Assembly: GCA_947085185.1 (NCBI GenBank)
Contig: CAMTVK010000002.1
Coordinates: 128,001 to 192,000 of the forward strand
Direction: 5' to 3'
Origin: Candidatus Fraserbacteria bacterium
GTDB taxonomy: Bacteria; Bipolaricaulota; Bipolaricaulia; RBG-16-55-9; DRXL01
DNA: 64,000 bases
Shown: positions 39,881 to 49,633 of the stretch, piece by piece
How positions within the stretch are numbered: position 1 is the stretch's first letter
How the letters are laid out: each line of letters opens with the position of its first letter
Made by a program: the position numbers and the translations under genes
Notes under the pieces: generated by a model
What the model was told of the DNA's origin: nothing
Databases searched by the model: none
What the model saw: only the letters and a program-made list of their open reading frames with translations

Positions 39881-39969
39881 GCCCGCTCCACGTTGCGGAA
39901 CGTTTAGGTGCAGCATCTTTCTGAGAAAGCGGTCGCACCTAAACGTTCCGGTACACCAGGAAAGCGGGC
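39881..39969. repeat. Long inverted repeat / rod-like hairpin
   Basis: 16-bp perfect arms CGGAACGTTTAGGTGC (39896-39911) and 39935-39950; inner CTTTC/GAAAG; outer GCCCGCT/AGCGGGC. Confidence 0.8.
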
Positions 39970-40051
39970 AGTATGTCGAATCAGCACCCTTAGAGCGAGC
40001 GATGTGGTATGTGGCCATCTTACGGCCTATGATAAAGTGAAGTGAAGAGCT

Positions 40052-40160
40052 GCCCAACCCCGCGTTCAGCGGACGCGGCTGGGCCGCGCCCAACCGTGGC
40101 CGCGAAAGGCAAAGTTGCTTCGCCTGCCGGCTTGTCGGACAGTCACGCCGCGCCGCTTTC
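40052..40160 (+). mobile_element. Degenerate solitary integron attC-like site
   Basis: GCCCAAC (RYYYAAC)-N5-GTTCAGCGGACGCGGC ... GCCGCGCCGCT with one unpaired A; no GTTRRRY right end. Confidence 0.5.
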
Positions 40161-40162
40161 CT

Positions 40163-40192
40163 TTGACAGCATGGTCCGGGAGGGGGTACAAT
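40163..40192 (+). promoter_or_regulatory. Promoter TTGACA-N18-TACAAT for the MFS gene
   Basis: -10 ends 9 nt before ATG 40202; no SD. Confidence 0.7.
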
Positions 40193-40201
40193 ACAGTCAA
40201 T

Positions 40202-41398
40202 ATGCCTCCCAGCCCTGAAAATTCGTCTACGAGCACGCCTACCGTGACACGAAGTGCTGCTCTGCGATTTGTGGTGCTTCTTGGCGTTGTCAGTCTCCTC
40301 GCTGACTGGACGTATGAGGGCGCTCGAAGCATCGCCGGCCCCTATTTGGGAATGCTAGGGGCAAGCGCGACCGCCGTGGGGGTTGTCGCGGGCTTTGGGG
40401 AGCTGATTGGATATGCGCTTCGCCTCGTCTCTGGGTATCTGAGCGATCGTACCCGACGCTACTGGGCGATCACCATGATCGGCTACGGCGTCAATCTGCT
40501 GGCTGTGCCCATGTTAGCGCTTGCAGGACGCTGGGAGGTGGCCGCCGCCTTGATGATCGTGGAGCGGCTGGGCAAGGCGCTGCGCACCCCAGCGCGCGAT
40601 GCCATGCTCTCCCATGCGACGAGCCTGACGGGGCGCGGCTGGGGGTTTGGCCTGCACGAGGCGCTGGACCAAGTGGGAGCGGTTTTGGGGCCGCTTACAG
40701 TAGCCGCAGTGCTCTATCTTGGCGGAGGGTATAGGACCGGGCTTGCTCTGCTGGTGGTGCCGGCGCTCGTGGCTCTTGGCGTGCTGGTGGCTGCGCGGCT
40801 GTTGTATCCGCGCCCGCAGGATTTAGAGATCCGAGCTCCGGTATTACAGATTGAGGGCTTGAGTCGCTCTTTCTGGCTCTATTTGGCAGCAGTTGGATGG
40901 ATTGCTGCGGGGTTCGCCGATTTTCCCCTCATTGCGTTTCACTTCGGGCGTGCTCAGGTTGTGCCCGAAGTCTGGATTCCGACTCTCTATGCTCTGGCCA
41001 TGGCGACGGATGCGCTCGCGGCGCTTGGCTTTGGGCGGCTGTACGATCGTCTGGGGTTTTGGACCCTGGTGCTGGTGACGCTTCTGTCGGCGGTGTTTGC
41101 TCCTTTGGTGTTTCTGGGGGATTTTTTTATGGCGCTCGTGGGCATGATGATATGGGGGGTGGGCATGGGCGCGCAGGAGTCGATCATGCGGGCGGCGGTC
41201 GCGGGCATGGCTGCCCCACAGCGGCGCGGCACCGCCTATGGCATCTTCAACACCGGCTACGGCGTGGCTTGGTTTGTGGGCAGCGCTCTTATGGGAATTC
41301 TCTATGATCTCTCGCTTCCCGCGCTGATCGTCTTCTCGGTTGGCGCTCACGTGGTAGCGCTGCCCTTGCTCGTGAGAATTGCCAGGCGTCACACCTAG
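40202..41398 (+). CDS. MFS transporter
   Basis: VSLLADWTYEG, GYLSDRT, ERLGKALRTPARDA and FGRLYDRLG motifs; about 12 TM. Confidence 0.92.
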   Translation: MPPSPENSSTSTPTVTRSAALRFVVLLGVVSLLADWTYEGARSIAGPYLGMLGASATAVGVVAGFGELIGYALRLVSGYLSDRTRRYWAITMIGYGVNLLAVPMLALAGRWEVAAALMIVERLGKALRTPARDAMLSHATSLTGRGWGFGLHEALDQVGAVLGPLTVAAVLYLGGGYRTGLALLVVPALVALGVLVAARLLYPRPQDLEIRAPVLQIEGLSRSFWLYLAAVGWIAAGFADFPLIAFHFGRAQVVPEVWIPTLYALAMATDALAALGFGRLYDRLGFWTLVLVTLLSAVFAPLVFLGDFFMALVGMMIWGVGMGAQESIMRAAVAGMAAPQRRGTAYGIFNTGYGVAWFVGSALMGILYDLSLPALIVFSVGAHVVALPLLVRIARRHT

Positions 41399-42195
41399 CC
41401 CCAGAACTCCTCGGAGTCTCTCAGCTCTGTGATCGTTGGGCTCTCCCCGCAGACGGCACACCCTGGGTTGTGCCTGAGGGCGATCTCGCTGAAGGCCAGA
41501 GCACGCATGTCAATCAAGAGCAGTCGCCCCTTGAGAGATGGCTCTATCCCCACCAAGAGCTTCAAAGCTTCATGGGCTTGGACGAGTCCGACTAGCCCGG
41601 CGGCCGTCGGGAAGACCCCTGCTTCGGCACAGACCGCGATTGTCCCAGGCCGCGGAGGTCTCTCATAGAGACAGCGATAGCACGGCCCTCCTGGCGCAAA
41701 GATCGTCACTTGTCCCTCAACTCCTAGGACGCTTCCGTGCACGTTGGGTTTCTTCAAGAGAACGCACGCGTCATTGACGAGATAGCGCGTGGGGAAGTTA
41801 TCAGAGCCGTCCACGATCACGTCGTAGTCTTTGAAGATTTCGAGCGCATTGCGTGAGGTCAATCGCTCTGAGTGCGGGATCAGCTCGATGTGGGGGTTGA
41901 GGGCTTGGAGTTTCTCACAAGCAGACTCAATCTTAGCACGCCCCAGATCGGCTGTGGTGTGCAGGATTTGCCTATGAAGATTAGAGAGCTCGACGAGCTC
42001 GCTATCTATTAGGCCCAATCGTCCTACGCCCGCGGCTGCAAGATAGAGCGCTGCTGGGGAGCCCAGTCCCCCAAGACCCACGACCAGCACGCGCGCCCTC
42101 TTGAGGGCATGCTGCCCACGCCTGCCGATCACGAGTATCTGTCGCGAATATCGTTCGAGCTCAGAGTCCTGTATCATAGGGGGGTCTTGTGCCAT
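41395..42195 (-). CDS. moeB: MoeB/ThiF-family adenylyltransferase
   Basis: RYSRQI, GLGGLGS, SNLHRQ, DGSDNFPTRY, CYRC and CAVC motifs; start uncertain (42177-42222); exact pathway not determinable. Confidence 0.88.
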   Translation of the reverse strand: MAQDPPMIQDSELERYSRQILVIGRRGQHALKRARVLVVGLGGLGSPAALYLAAAGVGRLGLIDSELVELSNLHRQILHTTADLGRAKIESACEKLQALNPHIELIPHSERLTSRNALEIFKDYDVIVDGSDNFPTRYLVNDACVLLKKPNVHGSVLGVEGQVTIFAPGGPCYRCLYERPPRPGTIAVCAEAGVFPTAAGLVGLVQAHEALKLLVGIEPSLKGRLLLIDMRALAFSEIALRHNPGCAVCGESPTITELRDSEEFWG

Positions 42196-42232
42196 TGTAC
42201 GGCGTCTGTGCTCTAAGATCAAAGGGGGGGTC

Positions 42233-42262
42233 TTGACAATGCTGGGGTCTTTGTGCTATAAG
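42233..42262 (+). promoter_or_regulatory. Promoter TTGACA-N18-TATAAG (extended TGn) pointing into a gene-free region
   Basis: Read directly from the sequence. Confidence 0.6.
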
Positions 42263-42268
42263 AAACTC

Positions 42269-42610
42269 GTCCTAAGGAGGTGGCTCCTTCTCAGTGGGAG
42301 GAGAAGGAGGGCAAGAGGAAGAGCTTGGCCTGCGGCTCGAGCCGCGCTACGAGGGCCGCTGGGGAAAAATCCCGCCGAGGATGCGGGCAAAACCCTGGAC
42401 AACCCCCTGAGGGCGTCACGCCCAGCCAAGCTCTTCGCTCTTTAGGAGGTGTGCGAGGAATCCCAAGCAATGACCAGCCCTTCCCCTCACCATACGATCC
42501 CTTTCCCGCGGGGCATTCACAAGAAGCGCTTGAGGATCTCTCGCGATGTTGGGCATTCCCCTCTCACCTTGCGCTTACCTTAGTCGTAGGTTCTTTAACT
42601 GAGCAAGGAC
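42269..42610 (+). ncRNA. Candidate structured non-coding RNA of unassigned class
   Basis: Promoter upstream; 9-bp and 17-bp stems; three inner hairpins; possible terminal pairing GTCCT/AGGAC; no credible ORF. Confidence 0.45.
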
Positions 42611-42641
42611 TTCCGTCACTTTTGCGAGCGATCTTGGTCAC

Positions 42642-44012
42642 CTACAATGGGGCAAAACGGGCGATGAAGTGGCGCAGCGGCCCTTCGCCAAAGATCAGCT
42701 TCACTCCTCGAATCTCGCTGCGCCGCTCCCAAATCTCCTTCAGGGTCGCGACGACGTGATCCAGATGCTCTTGGGTGTAGACCCGTCTTGGGATCGCTAA
42801 GCGCACGAGTTCGAGCTTGGGATAGATCTCTTGTCCCGTGCGTGCATCGCGCCGGGCGAACATGGTGCTGCCGATCTCCACCGCGCGCACTCCGCCCTCA
42901 CGGTAGAGCTCGATCACCAGCGCTTGTGCGGGAAATTCTCGCTGAGGGATGTGGGGCAAAAATTGCAGGGCATCTATGTAGACGGCATGGCCGCCGATGG
43001 GCTCAACGATGGGGATCCCCTCAGATGTGAGGCGCTCCCCAAGGTAGCGAGTTTGACCGATCCGATCACGTAGATAGTCTTCGTCCAGAGCTTCATAGAG
43101 CCCCACGGCGATCGCTTCCAGGTCGCGCCCGGCCAACCCCCCGTAGGTGGGAAAGCCCTCAAAGAGAATGAGCTTCTGCACGCAGCGCCAGTAGAGCTCT
43201 TCGTCGTTCATAGCGAGTACGCCGCCGATGTTGGCGATCGCGTCTTTTTTCGCTGAAAACGTCATGCCGTCGGCAAGAGAAAAAATCTCGCGGGCGATCT
43301 CGATGGGCTTTTTATGGGCGAAGCCGGGCTCGCGCTCCTTGATGAAAAAGCAGTTTTCTGCGAAGCGACACGCATCGAGAAAGCACGGAATTTTATAAGC
43401 TTTGGCGATCTGGCTGACAGCGCGCATATTGGTGAGCGAGACCGGCTGGCCACCCCCAGAGTTATTGGTGATCGTCAGCATAATGAGGGGGATGCGCTCG
43501 CGCCCGTGCTTTCTAATCAGTGCCTCAAGAGCTGAGACGTCCATATCGCCCTTGAAGGGATGCTCTTTGCTCGGATCATACGCGTCTTCGATGACGAGAT
43601 CTATAGGCTGACCGCCTGCGGCAAGCACGTTGGCGCGTGTCGTGTCGAAGTGCATATTGTTGGGGACGATGTCGCCGGGTTTGACCAACGTCGAGAACAA
43701 GATATGTTCCGCCGCGCGCCCCTGATGGGTGGGCATGAAATATCGAAACCCGAAGATATCTTTGACGGCTTTTTCTAGTCTATAGAAGCTGCGGGCGCCG
43801 GCGTAGGACTCATCGCCAGCCATGAGAGCGCTCCACTGGGCCTGGCTCATGGCGCCTGTGCCGGAGTCCGTTAATAAGTCAATATAGATATCTTCGGCGC
43901 GCAGCCGAAAGACGTTATAGCCGGCTTCTTCAAGTCTCTGCTCGCGCTCGGCACGGGATAAGAGTCTGACTGGCTCGACGACCTTGATCTTGTAGGGTTT
44001 GAATGGAATCAC
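42642..44012 (-). CDS. tnaA: Tryptophanase
   Basis: [16 protein letters not shown] and SAKKD (PLP Lys); NMHFDTT and LRHF favour TnaA over tyrosine phenol-lyase. Confidence 0.88.
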   Translation of the reverse strand: MIPFKPYKIKVVEPVRLLSRAEREQRLEEAGYNVFRLRAEDIYIDLLTDSGTGAMSQAQWSALMAGDESYAGARSFYRLEKAVKDIFGFRYFMPTHQGRAAEHILFSTLVKPGDIVPNNMHFDTTRANVLAAGGQPIDLVIEDAYDPSKEHPFKGDMDVSALEALIRKHGRERIPLIMLTITNNSGGGQPVSLTNMRAVSQIAKAYKIPCFLDACRFAENCFFIKEREPGFAHKKPIEIAREIFSLADGMTFSAKKDAIANIGGVLAMNDEELYWRCVQKLILFEGFPTYGGLAGRDLEAIAVGLYEALDEDYLRDRIGQTRYLGERLTSEGIPIVEPIGGHAVYIDALQFLPHIPQREFPAQALVIELYREGGVRAVEIGSTMFARRDARTGQEIYPKLELVRLAIPRRVYTQEHLDHVVATLKEIWERRSEIRGVKLIFGEGPLRHFIARFAPL

Positions 44013-45163
44013 CCTGGGATCTTCCCCAGCAGCGCTCGCGCGATAATTAATTTCTGAATCTCGCTTGTGCCCTCATAGAGCTCTGTAATCTTGGCATCAC
44101 GATAGAACCGCTCGACGTGGTATTCTTTGATAAAACCGTAGCCGCCGTGGATCTGCAGCGCTTCGTTGGCCACTTCTCGGGCGACCTTGCCGGCGTACCA
44201 TTTGGCCATGGACGCGATCTTCGCGGGGTTTCCTCCCTTGCTGATCTCCCACGCGGCTCGATAGGTCAACAACCGCGCTGCCTCGATCTCCGTGGCCATC
44301 TCGGCAAGCTTAAATTGGATCGCTTGAAATTCGCAGATGGGCTTGCCAAATTGCACCCGCTCTTGCGAATATTTGAACGCTTCGTCGAACGCCCCTTGGG
44401 CGATGCCCACGCCCTGGGCGGCCACGGCCGTCCGCCCACGCGAGAAGAACGTCATCAAATGATAGAATGCCATGTCCACTTGACCGACGATGTTCTCTTC
44501 AGGAACCTCGACGTTATCCAAAGTGATCTCGGCCAGATCGGAGGCGCGAATCCCCATCTTGTTGTGGATCGGGGTAGCCTTAAAGCCCGGCCGGTCGCGC
44601 TCGACGATGAACGCCGTAATCCCGCCGTGACGTTCCGGAGGATTGGTGTTGGTGCGAGCGAAGACAATCAAAAAGTTCGCAATTGAGCCGTTGGTGATGA
44701 ACATCTTCGTCCCATTCAAAATATATGTGTTGCCCTTCTTTTCTGCGCGGGTCTTTATAGCAGCGACGTCGCTGCCCGCCTCGGGTTCGGTGATCGCTGC
44801 GCCGCAGACCCAGTCGCCCTTGGCCACCGGGACTAAGTACTTTTGCTTCTGCTCTTCTGTGCCGAACTCTAGGATCATATCGCTCCCAAAGATTCGAGCC
44901 GTGATCGCCAGGGCGATCCCCGGGTCCCCACGCACTAACTCTTCGATGACAATTGCTGCGGCGAGGAAGTCCAGCCCTGCCCCACCGTACTTTTCTGGGA
45001 TGGCCGGAGCAATCAGATCTAATTTTTTTGCTTCCTCGACGATCTCATAGGGGTACTCGCAGGTCTCGTCATAGTGCTTGGCTGCAGGTCGGATGACTTC
45101 TTCGGCGAATTGTCGAGCTGTCTTGCGGATGAGCTTATGTTCTTCGCTCAGTTCGAAATCCAT
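44009..45163 (-). CDS. Acyl-CoA dehydrogenase
   Basis: [32 protein letters not shown] and YEGTSEIQ motifs; start placed at ATG 45163. Confidence 0.95.
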   Translation of the reverse strand: MDFELSEEHKLIRKTARQFAEEVIRPAAKHYDETCEYPYEIVEEAKKLDLIAPAIPEKYGGAGLDFLAAAIVIEELVRGDPGIALAITARIFGSDMILEFGTEEQKQKYLVPVAKGDWVCGAAITEPEAGSDVAAIKTRAEKKGNTYILNGTKMFITNGSIANFLIVFARTNTNPPERHGGITAFIVERDRPGFKATPIHNKMGIRASDLAEITLDNVEVPEENIVGQVDMAFYHLMTFFSRGRTAVAAQGVGIAQGAFDEAFKYSQERVQFGKPICEFQAIQFKLAEMATEIEAARLLTYRAAWEISKGGNPAKIASMAKWYAGKVAREVANEALQIHGGYGFIKEYHVERFYRDAKITELYEGTSEIQKLIIARALLGKIPG

Positions 45164-45204
45164 AGGGACCTCCTTTGGGGCGACGCCCGCTAGAATATTA
45201 ATAG

Positions 45205-45237
45205 AAAAGGCCTCCCGTGCGCAAGTCACGGGAGGCC
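45205..45237 (-). terminator. Intrinsic terminator of the substrate-binding protein gene
   Basis: GGCCTCCCGTG-N7-CACGGGAGGCC followed by TTTTCT on the minus strand. Confidence 0.8.
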
Positions 45238-45262
45238 CTCCCATCTTTGGGTATGAGGGGAG

Positions 45263-46690
45263 CTAGCCCTTCATATGCGGCGGCAACTGATAGAGGCTGT
45301 ACGGATCGTCGGGCTTGTCCGAGAACTCTCCTGGATAGAGCAGCTGGCGCTCGAACGCGCCGCCCTCTCCCAAGGGCCCGATCTGTGTCCAGACCGCGCG
45401 CAGCCCATCGAAAGCCGTGGGCTTATCTTTGAGTCTGTTGAACCCCCACCCGACATCGTGTGGGTTCTTGAAGCACAGCTCAGCGATCCCCGCTGACATA
45501 CAATTCTTAAACTCCAGCAGCCCGGCTTGAGTCTCAAGTTTGATTGTCTCATCGCGCTTGAAGCCTGCTACGGGATAGAACCAATAGGGGCCACCCGCTC
45601 CGATGTAGGCATTGTCGTATTTGTCGAACGACTCCAAAGCCTTGATGAGCGAGTCCGCGTCGGTCTTGCCCCCAGCCCTCTTGATCGCCTCAGCTACGAG
45701 ATAGACTGCATCATAAGTGATCCCGGCGGTATAGATAGGGCGCACCCCGTACTTCTTCTGGAATGCCGAGAAGAACGCTTTCGTCTTGGGGGTAATCGGG
45801 GCATCAGCGGAGAAGTCCGCGATCACGTAGCCTGTGGCCGCACCCTTGAGCTCGCGCACGCTCGCATCGTCTTGCAGCAAGACGTTGATGCCAAAGACCG
45901 CGACCTTCGTCTTGGTCTCAGCCCAAGTCTTGGTGAAGACGGCTGCCAGACCCGGATCGGAGAAGAACGTGAAGACAATCGAAGCACCAGAGCCCTTCAG
46001 CTCGGTCATCAACGGCGTGAGGTCCTTGGTGCCCACGGCTAATCTCTTCGCGTTGACGACCTCAAACCCCAGCTCCACTAAGCGCGGCCCCAGGAGCGCC
46101 ATGTACATATTGGCCGAGCTGAGGTCCTCCCCCACCAAGAAGATCTTCCGATTGGGCAGGATGCCCTTCTCGACAAGGACGCTTAGATAATCCCCGGCAA
46201 AGCGTAGGGTATCCCCCACCAGCGAGAACGTATTGAGCATGGGGCGGAAGGCGTATTTATAGTTCTGATAGTCAGTGGGGACTCTATCTGTAGCCAGAGA
46301 GGTTGCTCCTGTGATCAAGAGGGGTTTCTTCATGCGCGGGATGTCAGGAAGCACGGCAAGCACGGCCTCCGAACGGAAGAACCCCACGACGGCATCGACT
46401 TTCGCGGCTATATCTTGATAGACTCTCCGCGCGAGCTCTCCGTCGCCCTCGGTCTTCATATCCCCAACAACTAGCTCGATCTGTCGCCCTGACACTCCAC
46501 CAGCCTTGTTGATCTCCTCGACAGCCAACTGCGCCCCGCGCAGCGTGTCCCGACCATTGGCGATCTCTAAGCCCGTTACAACTCCGATCTTAATCGTCTG
46601 CTGCGTCTGTGCCGTGAGCGGCCCGACAAAGATCAATGCTACAAGCGCCACCCCCACGATGTGAACCCATCTGCGAGTACAATATTTCAT
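45263..46690 (-). CDS. ABC substrate-binding protein, branched-chain amino acid (LivJ-like) family, orphan
   Basis: Signal peptide; IKIG, LAVEEINKAGGVSGRQIEL and YDAVYLVAEAIKRAG motifs. Confidence 0.88.
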   Translation of the reverse strand: MKYCTRRWVHIVGVALVALIFVGPLTAQTQQTIKIGVVTGLEIANGRDTLRGAQLAVEEINKAGGVSGRQIELVVGDMKTEGDGELARRVYQDIAAKVDAVVGFFRSEAVLAVLPDIPRMKKPLLITGATSLATDRVPTDYQNYKYAFRPMLNTFSLVGDTLRFAGDYLSVLVEKGILPNRKIFLVGEDLSSANMYMALLGPRLVELGFEVVNAKRLAVGTKDLTPLMTELKGSGASIVFTFFSDPGLAAVFTKTWAETKTKVAVFGINVLLQDDASVRELKGAATGYVIADFSADAPITPKTKAFFSAFQKKYGVRPIYTAGITYDAVYLVAEAIKRAGGKTDADSLIKALESFDKYDNAYIGAGGPYWFYPVAGFKRDETIKLETQAGLLEFKNCMSAGIAELCFKNPHDVGWGFNRLKDKPTAFDGLRAVWTQIGPLGEGGAFERQLLYPGEFSDKPDDPYSLYQLPPHMKG

Positions 46691-46790
46691 GCTATCCTCC
46701 TCCTACTAGTGATGAAGTGAAGAAACCGTCCGCCGTTGAGTTTGTATCTGCCCTTGTTCTTTCACACCCCCTTTTTGCCTCGGTGTAGCC

Positions 46791-46812
46791 CCGTGAGATT
46801 ATTATATCACGG
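46791..46812. promoter_or_regulatory. Inverted repeat CCGTGA-N10-TCACGG enclosing the minus-strand TATAAT
   Basis: Lies between the divergent SBP and miaB genes. Confidence 0.5.
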
Positions 46813-46953
46813 AGTGGGCGGAGTCTGACAAGTGGGCTACGAGCACGCGCCGCATCGCGTTGGGAAGGCGGGCTTGCTCGAGATAAACAAACTTTCAGGG
46901 GGGCCGTCAAGGCAGTTGAGAGTGCCCGCTTCCTCTGTTATAGTTAGATATCT

Positions 46954-48288
46954 ATGAAGCGCTTCTATATCTATACGTGGGGCTGCCAGATGAACGAGCA
47001 CAAGTCCGAGGGCATGGCCGGGGTGCTCATGCGCGCCGGATATCTTCCCGCCGATGACCCCGCCCACGCCGACGTCGTGCTCTTTAATACGTGCATGGTG
47101 CGAGAGAAACCCGTCGAAAAAGTCTATTCTGAAGCGGGTGTCATCGCTCTGCTCAAAGAGAAGAACCCGAATCTCTTATTGGGCGTGGGCGGCTGCGTCG
47201 CCCAGGCTCTCAAAGAGAAGCTCTTTCACAGGAGCCCAGCGATTGACTTCGTCTTTGGTAGCTCCAATATATCTGAGATTCCAAGGCTCATCGAGCAAGC
47301 GCGCCAGCGGTGCGCCTTGGGCAAGCCCGGCTGGGTGATGGCCGTCGATAAAATCCCTGATAAGATCGAAGAGCTGCCGTTCTTACGGACTAGTCGCTTC
47401 CAAGCAAAAGTCACGATCGCCGAGGGCTGCTCCAATTTCTGCTCGTTCTGTATTGTCCCGTACACGACGGGGCTTCTGCGCAGTCGCCTCCCCGGCGAGA
47501 TCATCGCCGAGGTCCGAGAGCTGGCCGACCAAGGCTACAAAGAAGTCCAGCTTCTTGGCCAAAACGTTGATGCTTACGGCAAAGATCTCAATGAACCACA
47601 GATCACTTTTGCCAATCTCTTGCGGGCGCTCACGGAGATCCCCATCCCCAGAATACGCTTTACCAGCTCCCACCCCCAAGATATTACGGACGACGTCATC
47701 GAGCTTTTGGGGGAGGAGAACAATATCTGTGAGCACGTGCACATGGCAGTGCAGTCAGGCAGCGACAAAGTCTTGGCAGAGATGCGCCGCGGCTATACGA
47801 AAGAGTACTTCTTGCGCTTAGTCACAGCCCTGCGCGAGCGCGGCGTCACCGTCACCACGGATATCATCGTGGGGTTCCCCACCGAAACCGAAGAAGATTT
47901 TCAAGAGACGGTAGATCTCGTAAGGCGCGCGCGCTTCGGTGGCGCGTTCATCTTCAAATACTCCCCACGCCCCAGAACGATCGCGTTCTATAAGTATCGT
48001 GACACTGTGCCCGAGCAAGAGAAGCAGCGTCGTTTGGAGGTTCTCTTGGCGTTGCAAAAGCAGATCACCGACGAAGAGAACAGAAAGCGCATCGGCCAGA
48101 CAGTTGAAGTGCTTGTCGAAGGCCCCGCACGCCATGCGGGCTTTCTCATGGGCAAGACGCGCGACAATCGCACGGTCGTCTTTGAAGGTTCCCAGGAACT
48201 GATCGGAGAACTCGTGACCGTACGGATCACGGATGGCTCGGTTGCTGGCTTGGCAGGAGAGCTCGTGCAAGCTCGCGTCTTCGCATGA
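46954..48288 (+). CDS. miaB: tRNA methylthiotransferase MiaB
   Basis: GCQMN, NTC, GCVAQ, CSNFCSFC radical SAM motif, YSPRP and TRAM domain. Confidence 0.95.
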   Translation: MKRFYIYTWGCQMNEHKSEGMAGVLMRAGYLPADDPAHADVVLFNTCMVREKPVEKVYSEAGVIALLKEKNPNLLLGVGGCVAQALKEKLFHRSPAIDFVFGSSNISEIPRLIEQARQRCALGKPGWVMAVDKIPDKIEELPFLRTSRFQAKVTIAEGCSNFCSFCIVPYTTGLLRSRLPGEIIAEVRELADQGYKEVQLLGQNVDAYGKDLNEPQITFANLLRALTEIPIPRIRFTSSHPQDITDDVIELLGEENNICEHVHMAVQSGSDKVLAEMRRGYTKEYFLRLVTALRERGVTVTTDIIVGFPTETEEDFQETVDLVRRARFGGAFIFKYSPRPRTIAFYKYRDTVPEQEKQRRLEVLLALQKQITDEENRKRIGQTVEVLVEGPARHAGFLMGKTRDNRTVVFEGSQELIGELVTVRITDGSVAGLAGELVQARVFA

Positions 48289-49211
48289 TCATCACCGTTA
48301 CGCCCAACCCAACGATCGATAAGATCTATTGGATCGAAAAGCTCTCTCTTGACGAGGGCGAGCTGCCGGTGACGCGCGCGCTGCGCTCGCATCTGGCTGC
48401 AGGCGGCAGAGGTATCAACGTCTCGATCTTTCTGGCGCGCATGGGGATAGAGAACATCGCCATGGGGTTTATCGCTGGGGAGACGGGACGCGCCGTCGAG
48501 CGTCGCGTCCGCGATGAAGGCATCACCACGAGTTTCGTCTGGGTCGAGGGCGAGACCCGCACCACCGTCACGATCTTAGAGCGCGGGCATGAGCAGCGTC
48601 CCTTACAGATTACCGAGCAAGGGCCCACCGTCACGCCAGAAGCACTCAAGCGCTTTATTACTCAGTATAAACGGGCGCTTGGGCACGCGCGCTACGTCTT
48701 CGTCGGGGGCAGCTTGCCCCCGGGTGTCCCAGAGACGTTCTATCAAGAATTGGCGCATCTGGCTCAGCAGCGCCGCGTGCCGGTGATTGTCAATGCCTTT
48801 GGGGAGGCGCTCGAGCACGCCCTCTCTGAAAGGCCGTGGTTGGTCAAGCCCGACACGCGCCAGCGCTCCTTCCGCACCCTCGAGGAGATCTTCAGTTTTG
48901 GGCAGCGCTGGGTCGCCCAAGGCATAGGAGCTGTCTTGGTGTCGCACCGTATCACCCACGATGTGCTGATCACGCCAGGGGGCGCCTGGGATTTGGAAGC
49001 TCGTGATGTGCAGTTTCAGAATCTTTTAGGGGCGGAGGATGCGCTCATCGCGGGGACGCTCAGCGCTGTGGCCAAGGCAACCCCCTTGGAAGAGGCCGTG
49101 CGATGGGGCATGGCCGCCGCCACGGCCTGCGCCGAAAGCGAAGAGCTCGTCGTGACAGATCGCCATAAGATCGAACAAGCTGTGGCGAAGATCCACATGC
49201 GCCGCGTATGA
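48285..49211 (+). CDS. 1-phosphofructokinase/PfkB-family kinase (divergent motifs)
   Basis: IITVTPNPTID, GGRGINVS, GETR, GSLPPG and GAED motifs. Confidence 0.85.
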   Translation: MIITVTPNPTIDKIYWIEKLSLDEGELPVTRALRSHLAAGGRGINVSIFLARMGIENIAMGFIAGETGRAVERRVRDEGITTSFVWVEGETRTTVTILERGHEQRPLQITEQGPTVTPEALKRFITQYKRALGHARYVFVGGSLPPGVPETFYQELAHLAQQRRVPVIVNAFGEALEHALSERPWLVKPDTRQRSFRTLEEIFSFGQRWVAQGIGAVLVSHRITHDVLITPGGAWDLEARDVQFQNLLGAEDALIAGTLSAVAKATPLEEAVRWGMAAATACAESEELVVTDRHKIEQAVAKIHMRRV

Positions 49212-49633
49212 AAGTCAAAGAGCTCATGACCAAAGACCTGACGGCTGCTGAGCCCTCGATGACCGTGCGGGAGCTCATCGAGCTCTTCCATCGCAGCGGG
49301 CTCAGCAGCGTCCCCGTAGTGAGCGAGGAGGGGCGCATTGCGGGGATCATCTCTGAACGCGACATCATCGAAGGGGCCCTCCCCGGTTACTTCGAAGTCC
49401 TCTACGGCATCACGGATATGAATCACTTATCGCAGAAGCTGCGCGAGATCGAGCACGATCGCATCGAGTTCTATATGACCCAAGACGTCGTGACTATCGA
49501 AGAGGACGAAGACGACTTCACCGCAGCCGATCTGATGATCCGAAAGAACATCAAGTCGCTCCCTGTGGTGAACAAAGACGGGGTCTTCGTAGGGGTGCTG
49601 CGTCGCATTGATCTTCTGAAAGATCTGGTATGA
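49208..49633 (+). CDS. CBS domain pair protein
   Basis: VKELMT, SVPVV, GIISERDI, SLPVV. Confidence 0.92.
   Translation: MKVKELMTKDLTAAEPSMTVRELIELFHRSGLSSVPVVSEEGRIAGIISERDIIEGALPGYFEVLYGITDMNHLSQKLREIEHDRIEFYMTQDVVTIEEDEDDFTAADLMIRKNIKSLPVVNKDGVFVGVLRRIDLLKDLV

Noticed and set aside
42269..42445. Moco, TPP, c-di-AMP, c-di-GMP or lysine riboswitch; RNase P; tmRNA
   Set aside because: Only fragmentary word matches on either strand; the core conserved motifs are missing
42280..42759. 159-aa ORF in the structured region
   Set aside because: No motifs, overlaps tnaA antisense, and the SD lies too close to the GTG
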